Shown here piece after piece: positions 50,351-61,284 of a DNA stretch of 64,000 nucleotides (its first letter is position 1; the number at the start of each line of letters is the position of its first letter). The stretch is from assembly GCA_028534125.1 (NCBI GenBank), contig CM052816.1, positions 26,166,001 to 26,230,000 on the forward strand, in the 5' to 3' direction. Both the position numbers and the translations under genes were made by a program. Source of the DNA: Lama glama. Its lineage: Eukaryota. A model generated the notes under the pieces. The model was given only the letters and a program-made list of their open reading frames with translations, was not told where the DNA came from and searched no databases.

Positions 50351-52924
50351 TTTGTAGCATTGCTGAGCTTTCTTTGTTCTGCATTTGGCTGAAAAACATT
50401 GTAGTGAAATAGATGTCACGTATGATCACCCTTATGGGAGATACCTATATAATAAAATATTTTCTTCTGTCTTTTTGTTTCATACTGTGTAACACTTGGG
50501 GCCATGGCATGAATTTTTACTGAATTTGAAAGGTGTATTTGTAATGGTTTAACGTATAGGCTATGTGGCATGTGCACAGTTTATTTAGAGAGCCTCTGGG
50601 AGCACTTCAAATAGATAGCACATTTTTGGAGGGGATGAACTGAGGTGCACAATGCGAGACCAGTATGACTGCCTTAGGCAGTATGTGAAATACATATTAA
50701 GATGCTTTGGATAGAGAAGACCAGAAATGAATTCAAATCTGAGCCTTAAATAAAAGCTGGGTAGGAGAAACTCTTTAATGCAGTCATTGATTTATGATTG
50801 AGCTTTTTCTCAAAAAGAGCAATATTACATAGTTTTGCTTCAGGTATGATGTTCCATGTGCAATAAATGTTTATAGTAGGTGCTAAATAGATGCTTTTTG
50901 CTTGAATCATAGTTGATGGGCTTCTTAAGATAAGTCATCTACAGTTCCATCTTCTTTGTTAAATAATTATCTGTTTTGATTTGCTCTCAAATGTAAGGGA
51001 GATTACACAACTTCTTTTATGAATGTCATACTTGTCATTTTCAAAATGTAAATGAAAAATGGAAGTTTTCTCCCTTTGCAGTTTCTTTCAGACACCCCAT
51101 GTTGGAATTTTTGAATTTAAGGAATTTCAAAGTAGCTCTTATATTCCCTAGATTTTGCTGCACAGCCTGGATTCTTTTGTGCTACTCTCTACAGAATGCT
51201 CTTTTAGGTTCAAGGGGGTTTTAACGGTATAAGACATTTTCAACATCATGTAAAATGCCAAGGTGATTTGCTAAAAGCCAGTTGCCCAGGGAACAGTCTT
51301 TGTTTTGAATTGCCAGTGTAGGCCCCGTCATGAAAGCTGCAGATTGGAGTTTGCATCCACAGTACTTTGGACTTCAGTCTCTCTTCTGTGGTTTCCAGTG
51401 ATGAGAATAGGAATTCAGAACTTGATTTACTGAGTTAATATTCCAAGAGTGTTTAACTTTAAAGACCTCTGTCTCCTAGGTCAAGGTCTTAAATTCTTAA
51501 GCCTGTTGTCTGAGAGACTTTTGTGAGTGCAACCATCATGCCTAATGTGGTCATTCCTAACAATTACCAGTCTGTCAGGGGTCTCTAGTGACCTGAGTAC
51601 TTCCTGGACTTTTCTTTACCTACTCTTCTACTATTCCTTGACTATTGTATCTCAATAGGGATGTCTTATTGCATTTTTCAGTTTTATGTGGACAATGGGT
51701 CTGATTTTACAGGTACCTCAAAATAATAAACCCAGCTGCAGTCACCAAAACACCCCAGATTTTGACAATTATCTGTTTATGTATCCAAGGTATTAAAAAA
51801 TGAAAGGCTTCTTAATACCAGTTCCCACTCAAGTTTAGACTTTTCTGCCTAACTCTAGACCTCTATTTGCAGTACATTATGTGAAGTCAGGTAGTTAAGA
51901 GAGAATCATGTATTTAAAACACAAGACCTTATATGATAGGTAAATTATATGCTCACTCTTTTTACTATTCCAAAGAATATGTGAGGGACTTTTTCTTATC
52001 AGTCCATATGCTATATGCTTCCCCATTAGCAGATAACAGAGAAAGAATGTATTTTGGAAGCAAGAAAAAAGTTCTAAACAGGTGTGCTTTTCTGAAGACA
52101 GTTTGGAATATGGTATTAGGTATTCCAGTTTTCCTGGGCTTTGTCAGAAATAAATCATACCTTTAGTCGTGGTCTGCGTCTCTACAATAGTTTTATATAT
52201 TTAAGTGTGAGGGAATTTGATTTATTTTTCCTGTGTCCACTCAAATTATTCCATCCTATTAGTATGTATGTCAGCTAGGTTGGCAAATGTTTTATACCTG
52301 GGCCCTCCACTCTTCAGATGCCAGTTTGATTGTGGGTCTGTTAAAAGGTCACTTTAACCTCTGCAGAATGAAGAGTATAAAGATGTATAGCTTTTCTGTC
52401 ACTTGACCAATACATGTCGCTAAACATGCAGCTAGAGGTGCTGTAGGAAGATTGTGAAAGAAAAGCTGTCTAGGTACAAAGGATAATGTGATGAATAATC
52501 AAAGTAATTCTGAGCAGGAAACGTTACGATGAAGAATCCTGGGCAGAAATCACATGATAATTTCTATGTAGAAAACAGTTGATGCTGGCTTTGCCTTTTT
52601 CCCCATGATCCCATGCTGAGCAATGTCCCCACTTAGGTTACAGCCAAACATTGATTATTTGTCAGATAATTCTATCAGACTTACAGAGACATCCATGGTG
52701 CTCCTACGAGGAAACAAATGACTCCAGCATTCTTTTTGGTGAAAAAAAGAAAGCAAACACTCACTGCAATGAAACCCTCTTAAGATCTCCGATGAGTTGA
52801 AAGTGGACTATATTTTGATAAAATTCCAAGTCCATTGCCAATATTATTAAAATACATTTCCTCTGGATAATGAGACATGGTTGTTGCATTTCAAAGTGGG
52901 GATAGCAGGGACTTGAAGCTTGTT

Positions 52925-53070
52925 AAGTGGGTGCCCTGTGCAGGGTGCTGTGGTTACATCAGCTCATTTAGCATCATCCAGGAATAGATATTGTCCCATA
53001 ATCCAGAGGAGGAAAGTGAGATCCAGAGAAGTTTAATGACCTGTTCAAGGTCACTTGTAAATAAGGTTTC
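52925..53070 (-). mobile_element. MIR SINE
   Basis: cagaggaggaaagtgagatccagagaagtttaatgacctgttcaaggtcac. Confidence 0.7.
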
Positions 53071-56000
53071 TTGTCTGCAAAATCTATGGTTAGTTATCAA
53101 GGGTTGTGATTGTATGCTTATAGAAAATTAGTAATTCTTTGTGCCTTTTTCAGAATATTTGGTGCCAGTAGAATTAAGACCCAGTGAATATTTCCGTCTG
53201 TGGGGAGACCTGGTCACATGTATAGCTTTGGGAACTTGGTTCTCTGGTATCGTGAAAAACTTCCGTATATCTCCAGCATTTAGTCCTTGGTTTCCCGGAC
53301 CATCCACATCCTTGGAATATTTTCCCTTGCTTACTCTTGATGACAGAGCACTAGGGGTGGCCTTTTGCTGTTTTCAGCCTCTCCCTTCATTGTGAGGGGT
53401 TTACTGTTTCAGGATAAGTCTGAGTCATGAGGATTTTCTCTGTAACTGGTTTCCTCCTCCTCCTCTGTAACTATAGCTGGGGCAGGTTATAGTCCTCCAC
53501 GTTGACATAGGACTAAGGAAGTCTTGTAATGCTCTGTCAAAAGAAAAAAGACATTCTTGTAAAATTAAATAATAAATCAATAAACAGCAAGCAGGGCTGT
53601 CTATTTATGGTAGAATCTTTTCTCTCTTTTAAAAGGCAGAGAATTTGCATCCATATGAAGCAGGGTCAAGCGTGCATTCTGGTTTCACCCCTGATAGGGA
53701 TGCAAAAGCAAGATGAGGACACTGATTTTTCTCCGAGCGTTAACAGGCTGCCTTTTCGGCTGTGCACTTTATGCTCACTTGCTTTAACACGATTTATACA
53801 GTCCTAACTCACTTATTAAATGCTTCAAAAGCATTTGAAGGCAAAGATCTTCAAAAGCAAAAAATGCATGTCTCAGTCCTCAGTCTGAAGCCAGCTGCAC
53901 AGTCCACTGATTTAAATATGTGTGCTGGAGTTAAAAGGATACCATTCATTCTAATTCTTCTAGTTCTGATTTCTGCTCTGTTGCTTTAATTCCTTCTATG
54001 GGAGACCCCCAATTCTATTCAAAATGATTTTTAAAAGTTTCATAGAGAAAAATTTGAGACTAAATGGCTGTTGGATTTTTCGGTGCATGGTTGGGGGTGG
54101 GGATGGGACAAAAGAGAGAGTGTGATGGGGGTGTGGTTGTAGAAGAATCTGGAAGGAGATGACTGGAAAGTTGTCCAGACTTTCAAACAAAAGGTTTAAT
54201 CTCGCCAGTAGCCCTGTGAAACGTGTTTAGAGGTGGCAGAAATTAATTCCTGTGAACAGCCATCTGTAAATAAGAAACTCTGAAGTGTAGGGGTAATGAA
54301 GCAAGCGAAAAACCATTTCTCTAAAGAAAAGCACTCACTAAGCTCATTCGACCACTTAGCTGTTGCAGTCAGCACCTTAGAGAGCCCTGCACCAAGATCT
54401 ATTTGTTTTTCCACCAGAGAACAGATGAGAGAATTTATATGAACTCAAAGATTTAAAAAATATTGATCTGAAGAAATACAGGATAATAAAAAGAACGAGC
54501 CAAAGAAAAGCGGAATTGGTCTTTTTCTTGGCAACTCACACTTCCACACTTCTGATTCGCATTACTGTTGTAAGAAATGTTTTCCAGAGATGAAATATCA
54601 CATAGAGAGCAGGCAGGGGAAGACCCGGGATGTGGATAATTTGCGTACATTTAGCTCTATTAATATCATCAGGCAGGAGAACCAGTGACACTACAGCTGA
54701 AAGCTAGAGATGGAGTAACCAGTGCTTTATCTCCTGTTGCCATGGACTGCATGATGAACTCTGCGGTGACCCAGATTTATTACAGAATAGTGCTCATTGC
54801 TGCTGTACCAAGCACCCTGGTGCAATTACAGCACATTAGGCAGAGGAACAAATCTCAAGGGGAAATGTCTCATCTTTTAATCAAGTAGTAGAAAAGTCAG
54901 GGTGCGTAAACGTCACCCTGTGAGATATATATGTATCTCCTGTCTGGACGTGTGCATCTGTATCTGATAACAGTCCTAATTTTGCCCAGAAAATGCTTTT
55001 ATTATATACAAGAGTCAGGAACAGATGGTGCCCTCACTTAATCTTTTCTCTACTGTGGTCTGTTTTTCCTTGTATTAAATTCTCAGTCTTCAAGAACCTA
55101 GAAGCTTAGGGAAGTTACACAAAATAAAATGAGCATTTAGAAGAGTAATTTATTATTTGATAATTTTGCCTCTCTTCATTTTCCTAAGAAGTCCTCCTCT
55201 ATTTCCGTCACCTACTTTTTTTTTTTTAAGCAGTGAGGACTTTTCTAGTTTCCTGCAATTTGATTACCTCAGAATAGACCAAAAGACATCATTCTAAAGG
55301 ATATATTTTAGGATTTAGTGGGAACACGAAGCTCACACTACTAGCATGATGAATCTAAGTCACTGATGAGTTGTAATGGTTGGAGGAGAGCTTGTATAAA
55401 TAGAGTTAGACGACACTGTTAGCATGTTTTATAGGAGAAATAAGCAATTGTCTTACACATTTCCCTGAAATATCTTCAAGAAAGATTTAAGAATTACAAA
55501 TTTGGATCACAAATGAATTCAATCAATGTAGTTAAACTTTATCAAGAAAGTCAGTGTAAAGTAGTGGGAAGAGGAAAGGAAATAAAAGAGAAACAATAAG
55601 GAGAAAAACTAAGAAAGGAAGAAGATACAGGTTAGGTCTGTGCTCAGAAGACTTTGTAAAGTAGTTTCCTTTTGTTGTCATTGTACATGTTTGAAATAAT
55701 CTGTAGCTGACAAAGTCATTTAAAATGGTGAAACTGGTTTGGGTGAGGAATCAAAGCCTAAAAATAGAACATTCTGCTCTTTTAAAGTTACAGCTGTGGT
55801 AATTTTCCCAATCATAGTATTTCAGAACTCCTCCTTGATATCTTTCTTATAGTAAAGGCATTCAGTAACTCAGAAAGCTAGCTAAAATATGTTTTATGTG
55901 AAAGACTCATATTTGTATCTTGAGAAGAACCTGGCCTGAATAAGGGACACCCAGCACAGACCTAGCAATGCTATTCTCAGTAACTCTTGTTGTAAACACT

Positions 56001-58042
56001 TTTTGATAAATACTCATTTCCAGTGGGAAGTGCTATGACACGTTAAGCTGTGATACATTTGGCTTATACCGTCCTTGTGAATATCTGTGTCTCTCCCCCA
56101 TACTCACATAATGCAGCGTAGACACTCATGAGAACTGGCACATATAGGGGAGTATTTCATGGCTTCATTTCTTATTATAATCACACTTCTAGGTCCTCCA
56201 AAATGCACTTGGGGTGCTGGGACCCAACACTTTGATGAAAGGTCAGTAACGTGATTTTAAGCTCTTAAGCAAATGCAGTTCCATCAATATTTCTCTAATC
56301 CAGCATATGGATTTCCGCTTCTTGGACCTGCAATCAGAGGGAATTTACACCTCCCAATTTGGTCAATTTTTACTACCAATTGTGCATGTCTGATTTTGTG
56401 AGGTACTAAACAATATATTGACAAATTAGATCTGTAGAACACCATTTTAGTAGTCCAGAGATTGGTTCTTTCTATAATTTATAAGCTCACCCTTCCCCAC
56501 TTTACCCTTTCTGGAGTATTCAATAAAGGCATAGTGAAGTCCATGGGAGAGCAGTGAAATAAAATGAGATGTCAGAGAGGTGGCCAAGTCAGGGTTGCAG
56601 AAAGAACCTAAAAAGCACAATAGATTTTTCAAAGTAAGATCTATGACAGAATAAGGGAAGGTCTGTAGAGAGTGTGAAATCAAAAAAGATGGACTAACAG
56701 AGATGGAGAGATCTGTAGGAAGGAAGCTGCGGACCCAGCAACAGGGAGACATTTTTTCTGATCTCAGTGGAAGTGAGCACTGGGGACAGGGCAATTACAG
56801 GAAAAAGAGAAAGACAAATGAAGCAATAGAAAAAGACCCATATATACAAGTCTCTGTGAATAGTCTCCCAAGAAGGATAGCAAAGTCAAAAAGCATTCAC
56901 CAATATATACATGCTGGACAGGACATTATCATTATTTAGTCTTTACGGAGTACTTTGTAGTCAGAAAGAGCTTTTATTTTTCTCAAGTGTAAACTGATGA
57001 GGAAACAATCAATACTGTTATCCAAGCAGGTGCCTCAGGGGGTCGGGCCCCTGGAGCACAACTCCATACTAGATTTGGTGTCAGTGGTGCGTATGGAGTC
57101 ATGCTCAACTTGGAGTCAGACTGGTCTTCCTAATCCTTCTTGAGTGTTCCCATACTTTTTAAAGTCCATCCAGACCTTTGCTCTTGCAGGCTCTTCAGCC
57201 TGCCCTCATCCCTGCTCATGAAAATCTAACAGCCACAAAGTGACAATCATGTCCTGTTACCTCTCTGAGGGTTTCCCACAATCTACTCATACCTTTTCTT
57301 CCAAAATTGGCCTGATCTTTCTTCTTCTGTTACACAGGAAATGATCCACTAGAGGGTCTAGAATTTCTTTTAGGGGGCAAGGCAGGGCTTAAAGGTAGCA
57401 AAATGGAAGAGTGGGCAAGGGAATTAGTAAAACCATTTACATGGCAAGCATATTACTTTTACTGATATCATGAATTTTCAGGGCAGGTTTAGGGATTGGT
57501 AGAGATTATGGAGAGGGGAAAGCTGCTCCGTGGCACCCTTGGTGGTACCAAGTATATTTTATACTACAGGGTTTATACCCTATAAAACACATATAAGGGC
57601 CTTTTCAGAGCTGGGATGAGCTTTGTCTTTTTATCCTTCATAGCATGTAACAGAATATAATGCTTTTCATTTTAAGTGATTTTTGAAAATAGAAGATAAA
57701 TTTGAGCAAATACTGAAAACACTAATGTTCTGAAACATTAATGCTTAGTGTAAAGCGTTAAGTTCCATTAGGTTTTTGGCAAAGTGAGTTTAAAATCTGT
57801 TTTCTATTTTATTCTATAATTTAACCCCAAATAGCTCTCCTTCCCCTATCTGTCTCTCTCATTTTCAGTCGTTGATTAAAAACTGACCCTTAAAACAATT
57901 TTCAGAACATGGGTTTTCAAACCATGTTTTGTTACACGGCCAGAAAAAAACAAATGGATTGTGAAAAAAATTTTTTCCACTGTAATTCATGCCAAATTAA
58001 AGATGGGTAGAGACATACCATAAGCATGTTTTAGCAGGGTAA

Positions 58043-58155
58043 GGGGGAGAGTATAGCTCAAGTAGCAGAGTGCATTCTTAGCATGCATGAGGTCCTGGGT
58101 TCAATCCCCAGTACCTCCTCCAAAAATAAATAAACCTGATTACCCCCCCAAATGT
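58043..58155 (+). mobile_element. tRNA-Ala-derived camelid SINE (Vic-1-like)
   Basis: gggggagagtatagctcaagtagcagagtgcattcttagcatgcatgaggtcctgggttcaatccccagtacctcc followed by aaataaataaacctgattaccccccc. Confidence 0.88.
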
Positions 58156-58207
58156 ATTTTAAATCATGTTTAATCAATCGTTTCATTTAATTTTGCTATT
58201 GTTTTCT

Positions 58208-58434
58208 CTTTTTTTAACTGAGGTATAGTCGATCTACAATGTTGTATTAGTTTCTGATGAATAGCATAGTGATTCAGTTATATATACATATGTATATTTC
58301 TTTTCATACTCTTTTTTGATATAGGCTATTACAAGGTGTTGAATACAGTTCTGTGTGCTGTACAGTAGGACCTTGTTGTTGATTATCGACTTTATGTATA
58401 GTAGTTAGTATCTACAAATCCCAAACTCCCAAAT
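58208..58434 (-). mobile_element. L1 3' end with TSD
   Basis: tttttaactgaggtatagtcgatctacaatg...tacagtaggaccttgttg...ccaaactccc; TSD ttttgctattgttttct (58191-58207) / ttttgctattattttct (58435-58451). Confidence 0.9.
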
Positions 58435-58885
58435 TTTTGCTATTATTTTCTTGAGCTGTTCACGGATAAGCCCAGGGGGTTGGAATGTAGACTCCCTCAG
58501 CAGTTAACTTATATTTCTGCTTCAATCTCTAGTATGAGTTTTGAGATTCGAATGATATTCCCAAGTCAATATTTAATATTATATATTTTCATTTAAATAT
58601 TTATTAAAATATGCCTGTAAATATCCTCCTCAGTTAGGAAATTTAGAATATTCTGAAGCCTTTATATATAGAAATTTATTTTTGATCATCTGTTTTTCAC
58701 AGGAGATACAAAGTCTAGAGCCTACATACAAATAGTACCAACAATTGCTAACTTAACCATATTAGAAATAAGGGTTTTTGCATCAAAATAAAATGCATAT
58801 CCTGTCCAATACCTGCCCAGGCTATTTGTCATATGCGATATTCTCTCTGCAGCTGATGCAGGGAATTGCTACTTCTTATACCAGC

Positions 58886-59401
58886 TGTATTAGTCAGGAT
58901 TCTCCAGAGAGACAGAACCAATAAGATATATAGAGAGACATAAAAAGAGATTCATAATGAAGGATTGGCTCACACAACTAGGGAGGTTGAGAAGTCCCAT
59001 AATCTGCCGTCTGCCAGCTGGAGACCCAGGAAAGCTGGTGGTGTGGTTCTGGTTCAAGGTCAAAGGCCTAAGAACTAGGGGAGCCAATGGTGTAAGTCCC
59101 GGTCTGAGTCGAAAGGCCTGGAAACTAGAAGTGATGATGTCTAAGGGCGGGGAAGATGGAGGTGCCAGCTGAAGCAGGGAGGGCAAGTTCTCCCTTCCTC
59201 TGCCTATTTGTTTTGATTGGGCCCTCAGTGGATTGGGTGATGCCAACCCAAGTTGGTGAGGGTAGATCTTTTTTGCTCAGTGTACTCAACTATTAATCCC
59301 TTTCAGAAATGCCCTCACAGACACACCCAGAAATAATGTTTAACAAGCTATCTGAGTGTCCCTTAGCTCAGTTAAGTTGACACATAAAATTAACCATCAC
59401 A
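58886..59401 (-). mobile_element. MLT2 (D-like) ERVL solo LTR
   Basis: tgtattagtcaggattctccagaga...aagttgacacataaaattaaccatcaca; 5-bp TSD ccagc/ccaac. Confidence 0.92.
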
Positions 59402-59999
59402 CCAACTCAGGAAGTGAATCAAATGTGTGGAGCCAGTATTGAATTTGCAGTTAGAAAATCCAGCTGAGTTGTGGCTGACATCACCATAAGCAAATGAGGT
59501 GTGGCCCTTTCGTGTCTGAATCCTCACTATAATATCACTTGGATCCAATAGCTGCAGAATGCCAGGTTCCTGCTCTGCACTCATCTCCTTAAGCGGTGAG
59601 GATATTTTTACCCTGGATCCCAGATCTATCTTAACTGGAATAGGAGATCAAGCAGCAACCCTTTGGAGTCGGGACTTTTGTCACCTGGCTCTGCCTGCTC
59701 TCTAACTAGCACTTGCTGCCTCAGTGTTGACCTTTAAATTTTCAATTGCAGTTAGACTCATAACATGCTTAGTGGTGATCAAAGAGTAGCGGCCATGCTG
59801 TACCCCTTCTCACCCCAATTCTGTCTAAGTGTTCTTGTGCCTGACTTCCTGAGCCCCTCACCCACTTGTGGCCATATATATATGATCCTGCCTGTATTCC
59901 TACCTTTGTCCCAATCTCTCACCAGGTGTCTCAGCTTCCTTCTAGGACCTTTCCTTGTGTTTGTCGCTCCTGTCTCTGGATACTAGAGTCCCCTCTTGG

Positions 60000-60222
60000 A
60001 ACATTAACCCCATAGCCTCATCACTATGTTTTATGTCACTTAGTTATAGTTTCTTTGTTGCACTTAGGCAGTGCTTGATACTTGCTTGTTTATTTGTTTC
60101 TTGCCTGTCTTACCCAAACTAAAAGGTAAGTACCATAAATTTGGGGGCCTTCTTTGTCTTGTTTCTTTTCCTATCTCCAGTTTCTAGAACAGCATGGCTC
60201 AGAAATTGTTTACTGAATGAGT
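60000..60222 (+). mobile_element. L2 3' end
   Basis: ttgcctgtctt...actaaaaggtaagtaccat...tatctccagtttctagaacagcatggctcagaaattgtttactgaatga. Confidence 0.7.
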
Positions 60223-61043
60223 AAACCATGTAATGGGAAAATAGTCGGGATGCTCACTGTCTTTCTGCCTGGACTTTTGAGTTTTGGCTTTCTGGATACC
60301 TTGGGGAACTGTTACTTCATGGACTTGTGGTGCTAACAGCTTGCATGAACACTGCCTGGAGCGTTTAGTACCCATGGATGCCAAGACAAACCTCAAAGCA
60401 TCCACTGTCAGAGGAGCACCAGCCAAGTGGGTGGCTCTTGTTCCAGGCGCCTTTCTAGTAGGGAACTTCTAGTCCAGGGTTAACAATTAGTGACATTGAT
60501 GACATTACCTCATGATGACTCTGTTATCAGATGATTTATGGAATTGCTTAGATACAGGGAAATCGAGAGCAAGTACTCAGACACCTCTAGGTCCAGTTCA
60601 GAGTGCTAATTTTGGGCTCCCAAGCCCTCAGCGTCTTAGTCTAGGTTACTGTCAGGTATGACCATCAGCTTACGGCATGTGGGCACAAGATGCCTGTAAA
60701 TGGCTCTGTCAGTCCTTCAGATATGCTCTCACTTGCTTGCCAAAAGTATCTGAGGAAGAATTACTTTCCTTCACAGCAAAGGTCTATTCTGCTGCATACA
60801 AATATATATGTAGAAAGCACACATGCCTTTATCAAATGTTTTTACTTTATTTTAAGGAGAGTCAGATCAGCCTTTGCTAGAGAAGAGCATGAAGGGGCTA
60901 AACTCTTCGTTGGGAAGGAAGGCCGCCCATTATGGAAGAAAAATGGGGCTGACTTAAGAGCCATTACGGACCCACCAGCTAGCTTTCTTCACCTTTGGGC
61001 TTGAAACGATGCACAGATTGTGTACATTAATTGACTCAGATTT

Positions 61044-61284
61044 CGGTTTCCAAAAGTGAATTCCAAAGGAATACTGTTCCTACAAGATTTGCCTCAGAAA
61101 AAGGGACTCTGAGGTAAAATAAGTTTGGGTAACCTGGATTCTAGAAAAATAGACAATGTGTTAAACCAGATTTAAATCCATGTCTCCTAGATGACTCACC
61201 TTGGTAGGAAAGGAGAGGTTGGCTAATATGTAGTAACATTCCATGGGTTTTGTGTTCCGTGGAATACACTGTGGGAAACACTGC
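61044..61284. mobile_element. Charlie4-like hAT fragment
   Basis: cggtttccaaaagtgaattcc...aaaaagggactctgaggtaaaataagtttggg...gtgttccgtggaatacactgtgggaaacactg, with inverted ends. Confidence 0.55.

Noticed and set aside
825..51720. Other AG|GT junctions (~838, ~25852, ~50843, ~51712)
   Set aside because: Weaker donor consensus or pyrimidine tract than the site at 63891; expected background.
57343..57362. CTCF-like ccactagagggtc
   Set aside because: Single imperfect motif at the edge of repeat-derived sequence; expected by chance.
58043..58120. tRNA-Ala gene
   Set aside because: Mismatched stems, a SINE-type tail and a second related copy indicate a SINE, not a functional tRNA.
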